The notes: generated by a model not told the origin, from the sequence alone. DNA of 52,423 nt from Candidatus Poribacteria bacterium (GCA_036339735.1 JAYZAL010000014.1:1-52423); one strand, 5' to 3'; shown: positions 9,039 to 18,893, counted from the first letter of the stretch. Program-made: numbers and translations.

Positions 9039-10001
9039 TTATGAGCCTAGTCGGCCGATAATTTCTGTTTTGGGGTGAACAAATTCAGCGGCAGGATTTT
9101 CAATTCGGCCATAGGCATTCCAGATTTTGAAACCCAACAGGGCAAGCAAATCAGTGGTAGCATTTTGCAGCACAGATGGGTGAGTACCGATACAGTAATT
9201 TTCTTGAGGCCGGAATTGTGGGGCACAAAAGGTCGTTAGAATAGCGCGTCGGTCACTATCACTGGTATTTGGCCCCGTACCATGCCAAGTGCGACCATCC
9301 AAAATAAGAGCTGTTCCAGACGGTGCTTCTGCTATAGCTGTTTGGGTGGAATCGGGCGGTTGTTTACCTGATAGGTGGCTACCTGGAACAACATGGGTTC
9401 CCCCATTTTCTTCTGTAAATGCGTCTAACATCCATAGTACGTTAACTGCTACACAAGGAGATATCATGGTTGATGGTACTTCATCTAAATCAAATTGATC
9501 ACGAGTCATTGAACCAACTGGCAAAGGTTGGCGTTCTCTACGAGTTGGTGCAGGCATCCACCATTGATCAGTATGTAAACGCATAGCAATACTACCCGGC
9601 TTGACAATATTAGCGCTGTGGCTGGATAGTAAATAAGCATCCCCTAACAATCGATCTATAAGAGTTCGAATGACTGAGTGATCTAGCATATCGACGAACA
9701 CCTGACCTTTGTTAACTAACATCCAGACCCTTTGATTGCGACCTCCACCAGCTGAGGTGAATGCTTCTGGGCGAAGTGTTCCATCCACATTCCGAAAATC
9801 ACCCCAATTCTGGTCAGGACCACCATCTTCGAATGCTAAACCTTGTTCTTTTTCAGCGATGGCTTGCTGTGTCAGTCTATGCTTCAGAGATGAAATGCTA
9901 GTAGCATCCAGAGCATCGGCTATAAAGCAATACCCATGTTGACTAATGTCGGATTGTGCCTTATTCAGATCAGTTGTGGGTTGTGGGTGAGGTGCTGGCA
10001 T
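9039..10001 (-). CDS. Phytanoyl-CoA dioxygenase (PhyH) family Fe(II)/2-OG oxygenase
   Basis: HTD (HxD) motif, WMLDAFTEENGGTHVVPGSH, DGRTWHGTGPN...R, RPQEN. Confidence 0.9.
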   Translation of the reverse strand: MPAPHPQPTTDLNKAQSDISQHGYCFIADALDATSISSLKHRLTQQAIAEKEQGLAFEDGGPDQNWGDFRNVDGTLRPEAFTSAGGGRNQRVWMLVNKGQVFVDMLDHSVIRTLIDRLLGDAYLLSSHSANIVKPGSIAMRLHTDQWWMPAPTRRERQPLPVGSMTRDQFDLDEVPSTMISPCVAVNVLWMLDAFTEENGGTHVVPGSHLSGKQPPDSTQTAIAEAPSGTALILDGRTWHGTGPNTSDSDRRAILTTFCAPQFRPQENYCIGTHPSVLQNATTDLLALLGFKIWNAYGRIENPAAEFVHPKTEIIGRLGS

Positions 10002-10007
10002 ATCGGA

Positions 10008-11267
10008 TTAGCTCTTCGTTTTGTTCATTCGTCGATGATCGGTGAAACGACGGGATTTCAACTCATAACGGGGTAAAGCCCCTGTAGCAACAGTAATAAC
10101 TTGTGCTCGCAGACCAAACCTTTCTCGAAAGGCTGATTGTAGCTGTTTGGCAGTTGGATCGGAACCTTCGATTTGAACTTCAATCTCATCTAATAGTTGT
10201 TTTTGATGTACAGAAACTGAAAATTCATCAATATCGGAAAAAGAACGAATCAGATTTTCAATAGCACTTGGATAAAGATTAACCCCACGTACGATCATTA
10301 AGTCGTCAATCCGTCCAATAATACCGCCGTCTATACGAGGCGACATTCGACCACAAGAACAAGGAGACGGGTTTAAACGAACGTAATCACCCGTTCGATA
10401 GCGAATAACTGGACTCCCAACACGACCCAAGTTGGTGATGACCAATTCGCCTTCTTTCTTGTTGTTTTCCAGCGTTTCAGGGTCAATGATTTCGAAAATG
10501 AACTGCTCTTGATTAAGGTGGACGCCATCTTGAGCTTGGCACATAAAACCCCAAGCCCCAACTTCCGTTGCTCCTGTGTGATCGTAGCAAACGGCCCCCC
10601 AGGCTTCGGCAATTCGCTGACTCGTTGCGGGTAAACTTGCACCTGGTTCACCTGCATGGATGGTAACTTGAACATCAGAATCAACAATGTTAATGTTCTC
10701 AGAACGAGCTATTTCTGCTAGATGTAAGGCATAAGTTGGTGTACAGACCAAGACCGTAATTCGGTTGGCTATTATGGCCCGTAGCCGTTGCAACGAGGTC
10801 ATTCCTCCACCAGGAATACCCAAAGCTCCTAATTGTTTGGCACCTTCGAAAGCGCTCCAAAAACCAATAAAAGGGCCGAAAGAGAAAGCAAAAAAAATAC
10901 GATCTTCGACTGATACTCCAGCTGCTTGATATACATCTTTCCAGCATTTTCCCCACCAATTCCAACTATCAGTATCATCGAGCCAACGGAGAGGCTGGCC
11001 TGTTGTGCCCGAAGTTTGATGAATACGAGTATAATGTGGTTCAGGAAATGTTAGATTAGTACCGTAAGGTGGATAACTAATTTGGTCAGCCACCAACTCA
11101 TCTTTTGAGCTCATTGGTAGTTGACAATAGTCTGCCCAACATTTGATTTGTTCTGCAGAATTAATTCCACTGGCCCCGAACTTTTTTTTGTAAAAGTCGT
11201 TTTTCTCTAGAATTACCCCTAGCCCAGATTGGAATCGATCTTTTTGGCCAAAGCCATTCACTATCAT
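10008..11267 (-). CDS. Phenylacetate-CoA ligase (PaaK) family ANL enzyme
   Basis: HQTSGTTGQP, CTPTYALHL, AGEPG, GELVITNL, IRYRTGD, GRIDDLMIVRGVNLYPSAIE. Confidence 0.9.
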   Translation of the reverse strand: MIVNGFGQKDRFQSGLGVILEKNDFYKKKFGASGINSAEQIKCWADYCQLPMSSKDELVADQISYPPYGTNLTFPEPHYTRIHQTSGTTGQPLRWLDDTDSWNWWGKCWKDVYQAAGVSVEDRIFFAFSFGPFIGFWSAFEGAKQLGALGIPGGGMTSLQRLRAIIANRITVLVCTPTYALHLAEIARSENINIVDSDVQVTIHAGEPGASLPATSQRIAEAWGAVCYDHTGATEVGAWGFMCQAQDGVHLNQEQFIFEIIDPETLENNKKEGELVITNLGRVGSPVIRYRTGDYVRLNPSPCSCGRMSPRIDGGIIGRIDDLMIVRGVNLYPSAIENLIRSFSDIDEFSVSVHQKQLLDEIEVQIEGSDPTAKQLQSAFRERFGLRAQVITVATGALPRYELKSRRFTDHRRMNKTKS

Positions 11268-11280
11268 AATACTATTGCGA

Positions 11281-12567
11281 TCATTGACTCAGGTCCAAGC
11301 AAACGATTTCATCCATACTTCTTAAATAAAGTTTGCCATTAGCTAGTGTTGGCATTGTCCAACAACGTCCACTTAAGACCTTGGCCGTAGCTTTGGCTCG
11401 GAAATCTTTCGGATTTGCAACTCCAATAGTTAACTTACCTTTATCTGACAGAATGATCAGCTGATCTTGGGCCAAAATTAAGGTTCCTTTACCATATCCA
11501 CGCTTTTGCCAAGCTAACTCGCCAGAATTCGCGTTAATACACTTCAAAATCGAATTGTCGAAGCCGTAGAGGTAATCGTCAAGTGCTACCACAGTCGCAA
11601 AATGGTTCTTCATTTCTTTGTTACGCCAAATTTCTTTCACTGAAAATTTGTTATTCGCAGAGGTTTGTACCTGTACAGCTGCAGCACCGGTATCATAACC
11701 TGAGGAAATAAAGAAACGATTATCAGATATGACAACAGGTGTAGCAGCATTAACCTGATAGGAAGTTTCCCATTCATATTTCCAGTATTCCTGTCCGTCC
11801 TTTGGATTTAGAGACACTAAGCCACTAGCTGTAAAAAGGATTGCCTGTTTGGTATTATTATTATTGACAACAATGGGGGATGAATATCCGAGTTGATACT
11901 TTGAAGACTGCCAAAGTACGTCCCCATTAATTTTATTAAAAGCAACAACAGAATTTTTCCCACCAACTTCTGTAATCAATTGGTCGCCGTCAATAACAGG
12001 GGACATACTGTATCCCCAAGTTGGCCTCTTACTACCAAAATCTTCTGTCATACTAATTGACCAAATCTGGTCGCCATTTGCGTTATCTAGTGCCAGTAGT
12101 CGCCCATCAACGGCTGAAACAACATATAGCAGATCACCGTCGATCACTGGGGTGGAACGTGGTCCGTTGCCACCCATTCCTTCCTCGTAAAAAGCGCCTG
12201 ATCTGACTCGCCAAATCTCATCACCACTCTCAGTTTCTAGGCAGACTACGAATTCGTCAGTACCGTCGGTATCCATTGTATAGGCTCGTCCGTCGACCAC
12301 TGAAATAGCGGAGAACCCCTCTCCAATTGTTTTACGCCAAACTTCTGTAGGCTGTTTACCCGACCACGCTGAAATTGATTCTGACGAAATACCATCACGG
12401 TTTGGTCCACGCCACTGAGGCCAATCGTCTGCTAAGGCCACTTGTCCCACTGAACTAAACAGTATCAGGCAGCCAAACAATAAATAATAAAAGCAAATTT
12501 TTATCTGCTTTTTACTTTCTAGTACATTGTTTTTAAGTATAACGAGCATTTTGATATTTCTCAGCAT
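11281..12567 (-). CDS. Secreted PQQ-binding-like beta-propeller protein
   Basis: Signal peptide followed by DWPQWRGPNRDG; repeated S.P/W units (GPRSTPV, YSMSPV, YSSPI, WTMPTLANGKLYLR). True start is probably downstream of 12567. Confidence 0.85.
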   Translation of the reverse strand: MLRNIKMLVILKNNVLESKKQIKICFYYLLFGCLILFSSVGQVALADDWPQWRGPNRDGISSESISAWSGKQPTEVWRKTIGEGFSAISVVDGRAYTMDTDGTDEFVVCLETESGDEIWRVRSGAFYEEGMGGNGPRSTPVIDGDLLYVVSAVDGRLLALDNANGDQIWSISMTEDFGSKRPTWGYSMSPVIDGDQLITEVGGKNSVVAFNKINGDVLWQSSKYQLGYSSPIVVNNNNTKQAILFTASGLVSLNPKDGQEYWKYEWETSYQVNAATPVVISDNRFFISSGYDTGAAAVQVQTSANNKFSVKEIWRNKEMKNHFATVVALDDYLYGFDNSILKCINANSGELAWQKRGYGKGTLILAQDQLIILSDKGKLTIGVANPKDFRAKATAKVLSGRCWTMPTLANGKLYLRSMDEIVCLDLSQ

Positions 12568-13897
12568 AAAATTCAGGTAGTAGTTGATCGATGCGTAACA
12601 GACCTTGTAGAGTCAATGTTACGTTATCTTCATTGAAGTTGAGTAATCCTTCCTTTTGTAACTTGCGGTAGGGCTGAGCAAATTTTTCTAAAATGTCAAC
12701 CCCAAACTTTTCCCGAAAGTAGTCCACCTCGATTTGGCCTAATTTCAGTTGTAGGATCATCTCGCGAGTCATCTTTTCTTCTGTGCTAATTTTGAAAGCG
12801 CGGTTCAGCGGTAATCTACCGGCTTCTAAAGAATCTAAGTATCCTTTCCAATGAGTCTGATTTTGAAAATGAATTCCATTCAAGTGAGAAAAAGAGGCTA
12901 CGCCAGCACCTATCATATCGCTACTGTGCCAAAGTGCATCTCGGTAGATAAATTGATTTGGCCTGTCTTTTTTTACCATAGTATAAGCACTCGAAACCTC
13001 AAAACCAGCATCAATTAATTGTTCTATGGCGTACTGATGCCACTCACGTTTGGTTTGCCAATCTGCCACGTAAAGATTTGTACCGTCTTCATCCAAGATT
13101 TGTTTAGAATAAACCGTATTGAATGGTAACTCCATTTGATAAATGGTGATGCTATCTGGGTCAAGGTCGATCGCTTTTTGGACTGTATCTTCCCAAGTTT
13201 GTCGGACCTCACCCACCATTCCTGCGATCAAATCTATATTGACTTGATCAAACTCTAGTTGATGAACCCAAGGCATAATTCGATAGATTTCCTTCGTTAC
13301 ATGTGCCCGTCCATTTTCCCGCAGAACTGAATCATTTAGGTTCTCCACACCTATGCTTAGACGAGTTACACCCACTTCACGTATTGTTTCTAACTTACTT
13401 TGTGTTAATGTTCCTGGTTCACATTCAAAGGCGACCTCTAGAGCTTTATCCCATGGCATTGCAGCTTTTACTCGGGCTACTAGATTTTTGAGAAACTTAC
13501 TACTAATGAAGGAAGGTGTTCCACCTCCAAAATAAATGAAATGTAAATTTCGTTCAGCAATCGCTGGCATGTCAGCATAAAGTTCAACTTCTTTTGACAG
13601 CAAATCTAAGTAGCGTTCAATTTCTTGACTATTCTTATCAGTATAGACACGAAAATAACAGAATTTGCACCGCTTCCGGCAAAATGGAATATGAAGGTAC
13701 AGTCCTAAGTTAGTTTGATTACTAAAAGTTTGCTGTAACGTTTGCTGAACTTCAGTAATATTATCTTCTGACCAGAAAGAATAAGGTGGATAATTGGAAA
13801 CGAAGACACTACCAACTTCAGTTTGAGGTGTATCAGTTCGGGTAGTTGCCGGTTCAACCTTAATTTTTTCAGGATTGGAAAGAGTCTCTTTTTTCAT
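12533..13897 (-). CDS. HemN-like (coproporphyrinogen III oxidase family) radical SAM enzyme, function unassigned
   Basis: LYLHIPFCRKRCKFCYF (CxxxCxxC), YFGGGTPS, RLSIGV, NIDLIAG and a HemN_C-like C-terminus. Confidence 0.9.
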   Translation of the reverse strand: MKKETLSNPEKIKVEPATTRTDTPQTEVGSVFVSNYPPYSFWSEDNITEVQQTLQQTFSNQTNLGLYLHIPFCRKRCKFCYFRVYTDKNSQEIERYLDLLSKEVELYADMPAIAERNLHFIYFGGGTPSFISSKFLKNLVARVKAAMPWDKALEVAFECEPGTLTQSKLETIREVGVTRLSIGVENLNDSVLRENGRAHVTKEIYRIMPWVHQLEFDQVNIDLIAGMVGEVRQTWEDTVQKAIDLDPDSITIYQMELPFNTVYSKQILDEDGTNLYVADWQTKREWHQYAIEQLIDAGFEVSSAYTMVKKDRPNQFIYRDALWHSSDMIGAGVASFSHLNGIHFQNQTHWKGYLDSLEAGRLPLNRAFKISTEEKMTREMILQLKLGQIEVDYFREKFGVDILEKFAQPYRKLQKEGLLNFNEDNVTLTLQGLLRIDQLLPEFYAEKYQNARYT

Positions 13898-13913
13898 TGT
13901 ACTTGCAGCCTAT

Positions 13914-15107
13914 TCATTTTTCAGATTCACCCGTACCTAAGCTGGGTGAGCCAAAACAGTATACTGTTCCATTAGTATCACCAATAACCAATCGTTCGGC
14001 CGCAACTGCTGGTCCGGCTACTATTGGGAAACCAATCTCAAAAAACCAATTTTGTTTTCCACTTTCAATATCTATTGCATATAGATTACCAGCAGTCGTA
14101 GCAAATAAAACGTTATTTTTGGCAATTACTGGAGAAGCTTCGATTCTAGACTTAGCACTAATCCTCCATTGTTCATGCCCGGTCATCGGGTCAAATGCGT
14201 AAACACTTTTATCTTTACTCGCCATAATAACTGTTGTGTCCGTTACGGCAGCTGAAGCAAAGATTGGAAACTGAGATTTTGTATTCTCATATTTCCAAAC
14301 GGTCTGTGCTGTCTTCAGGTCAGCACAGAAAAAGCGACCGCTATAAGTTCCTACGAACACAAGATCGCCCAAAATCGCGGGGCTGGCAACTATATAATCA
14401 CCTAATGGTAGCTGTTGGCTCTGTTTACCTGTTTTTAGATCGATTAATCTTAGATAGCTATCGCAACCAGTGACAGTAGCTTGATGGTTTACTATAGCCG
14501 GGGTACCATTGATATAACCCTCAGTTTCGTATTTCCAGACTAGTTCTCCATTATCTTGCTTGAGGCAATAAAGGTACTGATCATAGCTACCGAAGACAAC
14601 CAATTTTTGATCAAAGTTAGCTGCCGAAATTATACCTGCCTCGGTTTCGAACGTCCACCGTTGTTGACCAGTTACTCCATCAACAGCATGAAAAACTCCC
14701 GATTCATCACCAAAATAAACAACACCAGCTGCCACTGATGGAGAAGATTTTATTATGTCTGTCGCCGAATATTGCCAACGCTTTTGACCGGTTTTCATCT
14801 CTAGTGCGTACAGGTTACCATCGAGTGAAGTGATAAAAACAGTGCCTTCAAAAATTGCTGGTGTGGATTCGATAGCTTCATCAGCTTGAAAAACCCACAG
14901 AGGCTCCATCACTGTAGGTAAACCAGTGTCTGCTACACCAGTCAGCCTAGAATTACCACGCGGAATTGGCCACTCATCCGACTTTGTTACTAAAACACAG
15001 AAGAAAAATACCATTAGGTACAAGGTTGTTAACTTTATTATCATCAATTTGGTTTTAGCAATCACCACTTTAGTAAGCCTGCTCATAAAGCTGTACCAAA
15101 ACTTCAT
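13914..15107 (-). CDS. PQQ-like/BamB-like beta-propeller repeat protein
   Basis: About 8 regular repeats such as ESTPAI..GTVFITSLDGNLYAL...TG..RW; hydrophobic N-terminal segment. Start uncertain. Confidence 0.85.
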   Translation of the reverse strand: MKFWYSFMSRLTKVVIAKTKLMIIKLTTLYLMVFFFCVLVTKSDEWPIPRGNSRLTGVADTGLPTVMEPLWVFQADEAIESTPAIFEGTVFITSLDGNLYALEMKTGQKRWQYSATDIIKSSPSVAAGVVYFGDESGVFHAVDGVTGQQRWTFETEAGIISAANFDQKLVVFGSYDQYLYCLKQDNGELVWKYETEGYINGTPAIVNHQATVTGCDSYLRLIDLKTGKQSQQLPLGDYIVASPAILGDLVFVGTYSGRFFCADLKTAQTVWKYENTKSQFPIFASAAVTDTTVIMASKDKSVYAFDPMTGHEQWRISAKSRIEASPVIAKNNVLFATTAGNLYAIDIESGKQNWFFEIGFPIVAGPAVAAERLVIGDTNGTVYCFGSPSLGTGESEK

Positions 15108-16188
15108 TTGTCAACAGAACTGGATTGAAATTTCCTGTCCATTGTTCAGATGCTGATACCGCCAAGTTATTTAAGTCAGACCGAGGAATTCCAACGTCCC
15201 GTAATCTACTCGGCAGATTGGCTACAGACTGGAAACGACGAATACTACTAGCTAAATCAGGTGATAATTGTTGATAAAGATTATCAACTTTTTGACTATT
15301 AAATTCTACCACATGAGGTAACATCAAGCTGACAGCGAGACCATGTGCGATTTGGTAGTTGGCGGTCAGAGGATTAGCACAAGCATGCGCTGCCCCCAAC
15401 ATTGAACATTCAATCGCCATGCCTGCGAGGTTTGCACCCAAGAGCATCTGCCCTCTCACATCTGAATCTGAATTCGGTTGTAATGCCAATTCGAAATTTT
15501 GAGACAACCTGTGCCAAGCTGATTTAGCAAACAATCGGGACATAGGATTACCTTTGGTACTAACGTAACTTTCGATAGCATGTGAGATAGCATCAAAACC
15601 TGTTAAGGCCGCTACTTGAGCCGGCATAGTCTCAGTTAGTACTGGGTCTAAAATAACAGTTCGAAAGCGAGCTTTCCTGTCTCCACACGCCATTTTAATA
15701 TGGGTGTCTGCTTGAGAAATGAGGGCATAAGATTGTGCTTCGCTGCCAGTTCCAGCAGTAGTAGGTATACCAATCGACGGCAACATTGGCTGGGTGGCTT
15801 TCCCAAACCCCCAGTAATCTTTCATTGTGCCACCATTGGTTAGGAGAAAATTTACGCCTTTGGCGCAATCCATAGCACTTCCTCCACCTACTCCTATAAT
15901 CAAATCGATATTGCCAATTTTATGAGCCAAGTTAGTAGCATTCTGCACATCTTTTGTTGTTGGGTTAGGCGTTACTTCTTGAAAGATATACGTACTAATG
16001 TCCACAGATTTAAGTGCATCGATTGCTCTGTTTAATATACCGGCTTTAGCAACACCAGAATCTGTTATTAATAGAACCTTACTGGGATGTGCTAATTCTT
16101 TAGAAAGCTGGCCTAGTTGATCTATTCGGTTTGGACCAAAAACAAGACGGATACTAGGTTGAAAATCGAAAGTCTCCATAATTCCCAT
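15070..16188 (-). CDS. Iron-containing alcohol dehydrogenase
   Basis: GGGSAMDCAK, IPTTAGTGSE, DAISHAIES, GAAHACANPL...HG (Fe ligands). Confidence 0.92.
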   Translation of the reverse strand: MGIMETFDFQPSIRLVFGPNRIDQLGQLSKELAHPSKVLLITDSGVAKAGILNRAIDALKSVDISTYIFQEVTPNPTTKDVQNATNLAHKIGNIDLIIGVGGGSAMDCAKGVNFLLTNGGTMKDYWGFGKATQPMLPSIGIPTTAGTGSEAQSYALISQADTHIKMACGDRKARFRTVILDPVLTETMPAQVAALTGFDAISHAIESYVSTKGNPMSRLFAKSAWHRLSQNFELALQPNSDSDVRGQMLLGANLAGMAIECSMLGAAHACANPLTANYQIAHGLAVSLMLPHVVEFNSQKVDNLYQQLSPDLASSIRRFQSVANLPSRLRDVGIPRSDLNNLAVSASEQWTGNFNPVLLTNEVLVQLYEQAY

Positions 16189-16214
16189 GTTAGTTATTAA
16201 CTTTTCACGTCAGT

Positions 16215-16243
16215 ATTGTAAGGACACGAGTCAATGTTGTCAA
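16215..16243 (-). promoter_or_regulatory. Sigma70-type promoter heading the 16188-to-8003 gene run
   Basis: Minus strand reads TTGACA, 17 nt, TACAAT just upstream of the Fe-ADH start. Confidence 0.65.
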
Positions 16244-16334
16244 TTATTGAACCGAATCATTCAGTTGACAAAAGAACACCTAATTCTTCTGATACATTTG
16301 GTATACTTATTGTTCACCAATTGGAAAGGTAAAA

Positions 16335-16841
16335 ATGAATCTTGCGCAATCTATCAAAACTGTTTCAGAATTAAAAGGCCAGTTTACCCTTCGTTCAGGT
16401 ATGGTTAGCAATACCTATTTTGACAAGTATCAATTTGAGTCTGACCCCAAGCTGCTAAAACAAATCGCTGAGGCGATGAGCGTACTCATTCCTAGTAACA
16501 CAGATATTCTTTGTGGCCTAGAAATGGGAGGAATCCCGATAGTAACTATGCTAAGTCAAATAACTGGTCTCCCATCAGCTTTTATTCGAAAAGCAGCAAA
16601 AAATTATGGTACCTGTCGTTATGCAGAAGGACCAAATTTAGCAAACCGACAATTACTTATTGTCGAAGATGTTGTTTCTAGTGGTGGTGCGATCATTGAA
16701 GCAGCCAGCAAGATGAAAGCTGACGACTTGTGTGTTGAATCTGCTATTTGTGTTATTGATCGTCAAACTGGTGGCAGCGAAAAGTTAGCTGAACATGGTA
16801 TCAAGCTGAAAGCACTACTCACCGCAGATCAGCTAGCTTGA
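16335..16841 (+). CDS. pyrE: Orotate phosphoribosyltransferase
   Basis: GQFTLRSG..S.TYFDK, FIRKAAKNYGT, PRPP-binding IVEDVVSSGG, VIDR. Confidence 0.88.
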   Translation: MNLAQSIKTVSELKGQFTLRSGMVSNTYFDKYQFESDPKLLKQIAEAMSVLIPSNTDILCGLEMGGIPIVTMLSQITGLPSAFIRKAAKNYGTCRYAEGPNLANRQLLIVEDVVSSGGAIIEAASKMKADDLCVESAICVIDRQTGGSEKLAEHGIKLKALLTADQLA

Positions 16842-16866
16842 TGGTAGAGAGTAATTCAGCTCTAGC

Positions 16867-17016
16867 GACAGAACATATCGAACCTGAAATCTGAACCCTA
16901 TCTTTAGGTTAATACACTCATTTACAGAGGATGACGATGGTATAAATAAAAGACGGACCAGTAGAAATACTGATCCGTCTTGTGTAGTAGATACTCTATT
17001 GAAATATCGAACATAA
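16867..17016 (+). repeat. Islet repeat unit 1: recombinase-tail-like relic with hairpin and TAGTAGA
   Basis: Translates DRTYRT*NLNPIFRLIHSFTEDDDGINKRRTSRNTDPSCVV; contains the inverted repeat AAGACGGACCAGTA-gaaa-TACTGATCCGTCTT (16950-16981). Same layout as 19105-19224. Confidence 0.6.
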
Positions 17017-17139
17017 GTCTAACTCCAAGAGATTTAATTAATACTTATCATATAATGACTCTTATTATGAAAAGTTGAACTAATATGATTTTGATTTCCA
17101 CTCCTTCTACTGTTCAGACTTGTAGCAACAAATGATTAT

Positions 17140-17638
17140 TTAGAAACCAAAACCTAATTTAAATCCGCCATAAATATTAAATAAATACTCGGGATTATCT
17201 GGTTGCGGTTGATCAAATGGTATGTGTCCGTTCTGAACCAGTTGAACAACAAGTGCTGGTCCAAAATCAATACTTAAGTATAATTTTTTTGAACCTAAAT
17301 AGTTAATGCCAATTGGCAAATAATTTACAATCCTACTGCCACCTGAACCTGGAATATTATATGATGAACGAACACCTACAAAATGGTTAAATTGCTCCTG
17401 ATCGAAGGATTTAAATGGATAAAAGTTCATCCCTAATCCACCCCCCCAGTAAACCAGCTCCAATTTCAAATGAGGCTTTTCTGTTTTTTAAGATACGTTC
17501 ATAGGTAACTCCAACAGTTGTGGGTATTACACCCGCAGCGATTGAAAATAGATTATTCAATTGCTTTTCGTTAGTTAAATCTTGCGACAGACAAGATGCA
17601 CTCAAAAACAATGCAGAAATAAGAAAGACTATGCACAT
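17140..17638 (-). pseudogene. Small outer-membrane beta-barrel-like protein, frameshifted at a G7 tract
   Basis: ORF 17411..17638 (signal peptide) and ORF 17140..17469 (ends YGGFKLGFGF) join into one frame if one base is removed from the C7 run at 17441-17447. Confidence 0.7.
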
Positions 17639-17656
17639 TGGGGATAGTTTAGTATG

Positions 17657-17711
17657 ATAAAATAAAACGGTTAACTATACAATAGTATAACCGTTTTATT
17701 GTTATAGTAGA
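17657..17711 (+). repeat. Islet repeat unit 2 (truncated): hairpin and TAGTAGA
   Basis: AATAAAACGGTTA...TAACCGTTTTATT inverted repeat followed by GTTATAGTAGAC. Confidence 0.5.
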
Positions 17712-17936
17712 CAGAATTATCGGATCTAAAACAAGGGTTTATTCAGTGGCGTATTTGAGAATGGATTAAAAACATGAATTTAATTCAATAATCTTCTGGT
17801 CAAATTTTGGTTCATTAAAGCACCAAAAATTTACAAGCCAACAAAACCTTTTTGCTCACATAGATCTCAACTAAAAAATACAAGCGAAATAAACGTATTA
17901 CGTTCTTCCCTCGTTGTGCAAAATCAAATTAAATAA

Positions 17937-18893
17937 ATGACAAAGATAAAACGAATGTGGGAACGATTGTCAAGTGCCATGGGGTCTGCATCGTCAACGC
18001 CAGAGTACGAACATATTCAGATTGATGAGTCGTACACCGCGCATGTGAAGCCAGATCCTAGCCCAAGTAGGCTAGGGGAGTTCTTAATGTGGATTGCATT
18101 GAAGTTTGGACCAACAGAACAACTTTCCGCCCTCAAGGAGCCATTGCCGCCAACAAAATTTGCAGTGATGAGCGATGGAACCCGCATCGCCTATGTAGTA
18201 CAAGGTTCAGGGAATCCGGTCATCTTATTGCCTGGCGCGTCATGCGATAAAAGTTACTACTTTCGGTATGGGCTTGCAGCGATGCTCGTACAATCGGGCT
18301 TCCAGGTGATTTGTTTGGATGGATTAGCCCATTGCGAATCCGATGCGCCAACTGATTGGAAGTACTACTTACAGAAGCCTCGCGCTGCCGGGGTCGTCAC
18401 AGTTATGGATGCGGAGGGTATCCAAACAGCGCATATGATTGGATACAGCATGGGAAGCTGGACGATCTGCGCAGTTGCCCAATTCTTCCCGGATCGCATT
18501 CTTAGTGCTATTATCGGTGGCTGGTCGCCAGGTGTTTCGCGACCAGCAGTCCTGGCGGGTATTTCCACAGAAACGTGGATCAAAGTATTCAAGTCCGCCG
18601 TGGTTGGGAACATGGAATGGTACAAGGAGTCGATGGCGACCGGCTTCGGTCATGTGTTGATGATGTTTTACCGAGATGTCCATGGGCAAGAAGAAGCTCT
18701 TGCAGCACTTGATGTGCCCGTGGTGATTTGGACGGGAAGTAAAGATCATGATCACAGAAACACACGAGAAATGGTAAAGAAGCACGGATGGAGAACCATT
18801 GTGATCGAGAATGCGGATCACAGCAAAACCAGTCAGTCTGCGGAGCAAGTCGCCAGCATGTTGAAAGAGATCATAGGTACTACAGGAATGTAA
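17937..18893 (+). CDS. Alpha/beta-hydrolase fold protein
   Basis: DGTRIAY...G.G.PVILLPG, nucleophile elbow GYSMG, candidate Asp (GSKD) and His (NADH). Visibly more GC-rich than its flanks. Confidence 0.85.
   Translation: MTKIKRMWERLSSAMGSASSTPEYEHIQIDESYTAHVKPDPSPSRLGEFLMWIALKFGPTEQLSALKEPLPPTKFAVMSDGTRIAYVVQGSGNPVILLPGASCDKSYYFRYGLAAMLVQSGFQVICLDGLAHCESDAPTDWKYYLQKPRAAGVVTVMDAEGIQTAHMIGYSMGSWTICAVAQFFPDRILSAIIGGWSPGVSRPAVLAGISTETWIKVFKSAVVGNMEWYKESMATGFGHVLMMFYRDVHGQEEALAALDVPVVIWTGSKDHDHRNTREMVKKHGWRTIVIENADHSKTSQSAEQVASMLKEIIGTTGM

Noticed and set aside
12533-13897. Calling the radical SAM gene hemN or hemW
   Set aside because: The diagnostic RNFQGY and HNxxYW motifs are absent and there is no heme-pathway context.
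11281-15107. Calling the propellers BamB, a PQQ dehydrogenase or an AfsK kinase
   Set aside because: Only generic propeller repeats are visible, with no kinase domain, no bam context and no recognisable quinoprotein catalytic motifs.
17044-17075. Possible dif-like site CTTATCATATAATGACTCTTATTATGAAAAGT
   Set aside because: The arms cannot be placed in a clean 11-6-11 register, and the AT-rich context makes a chance match likely.
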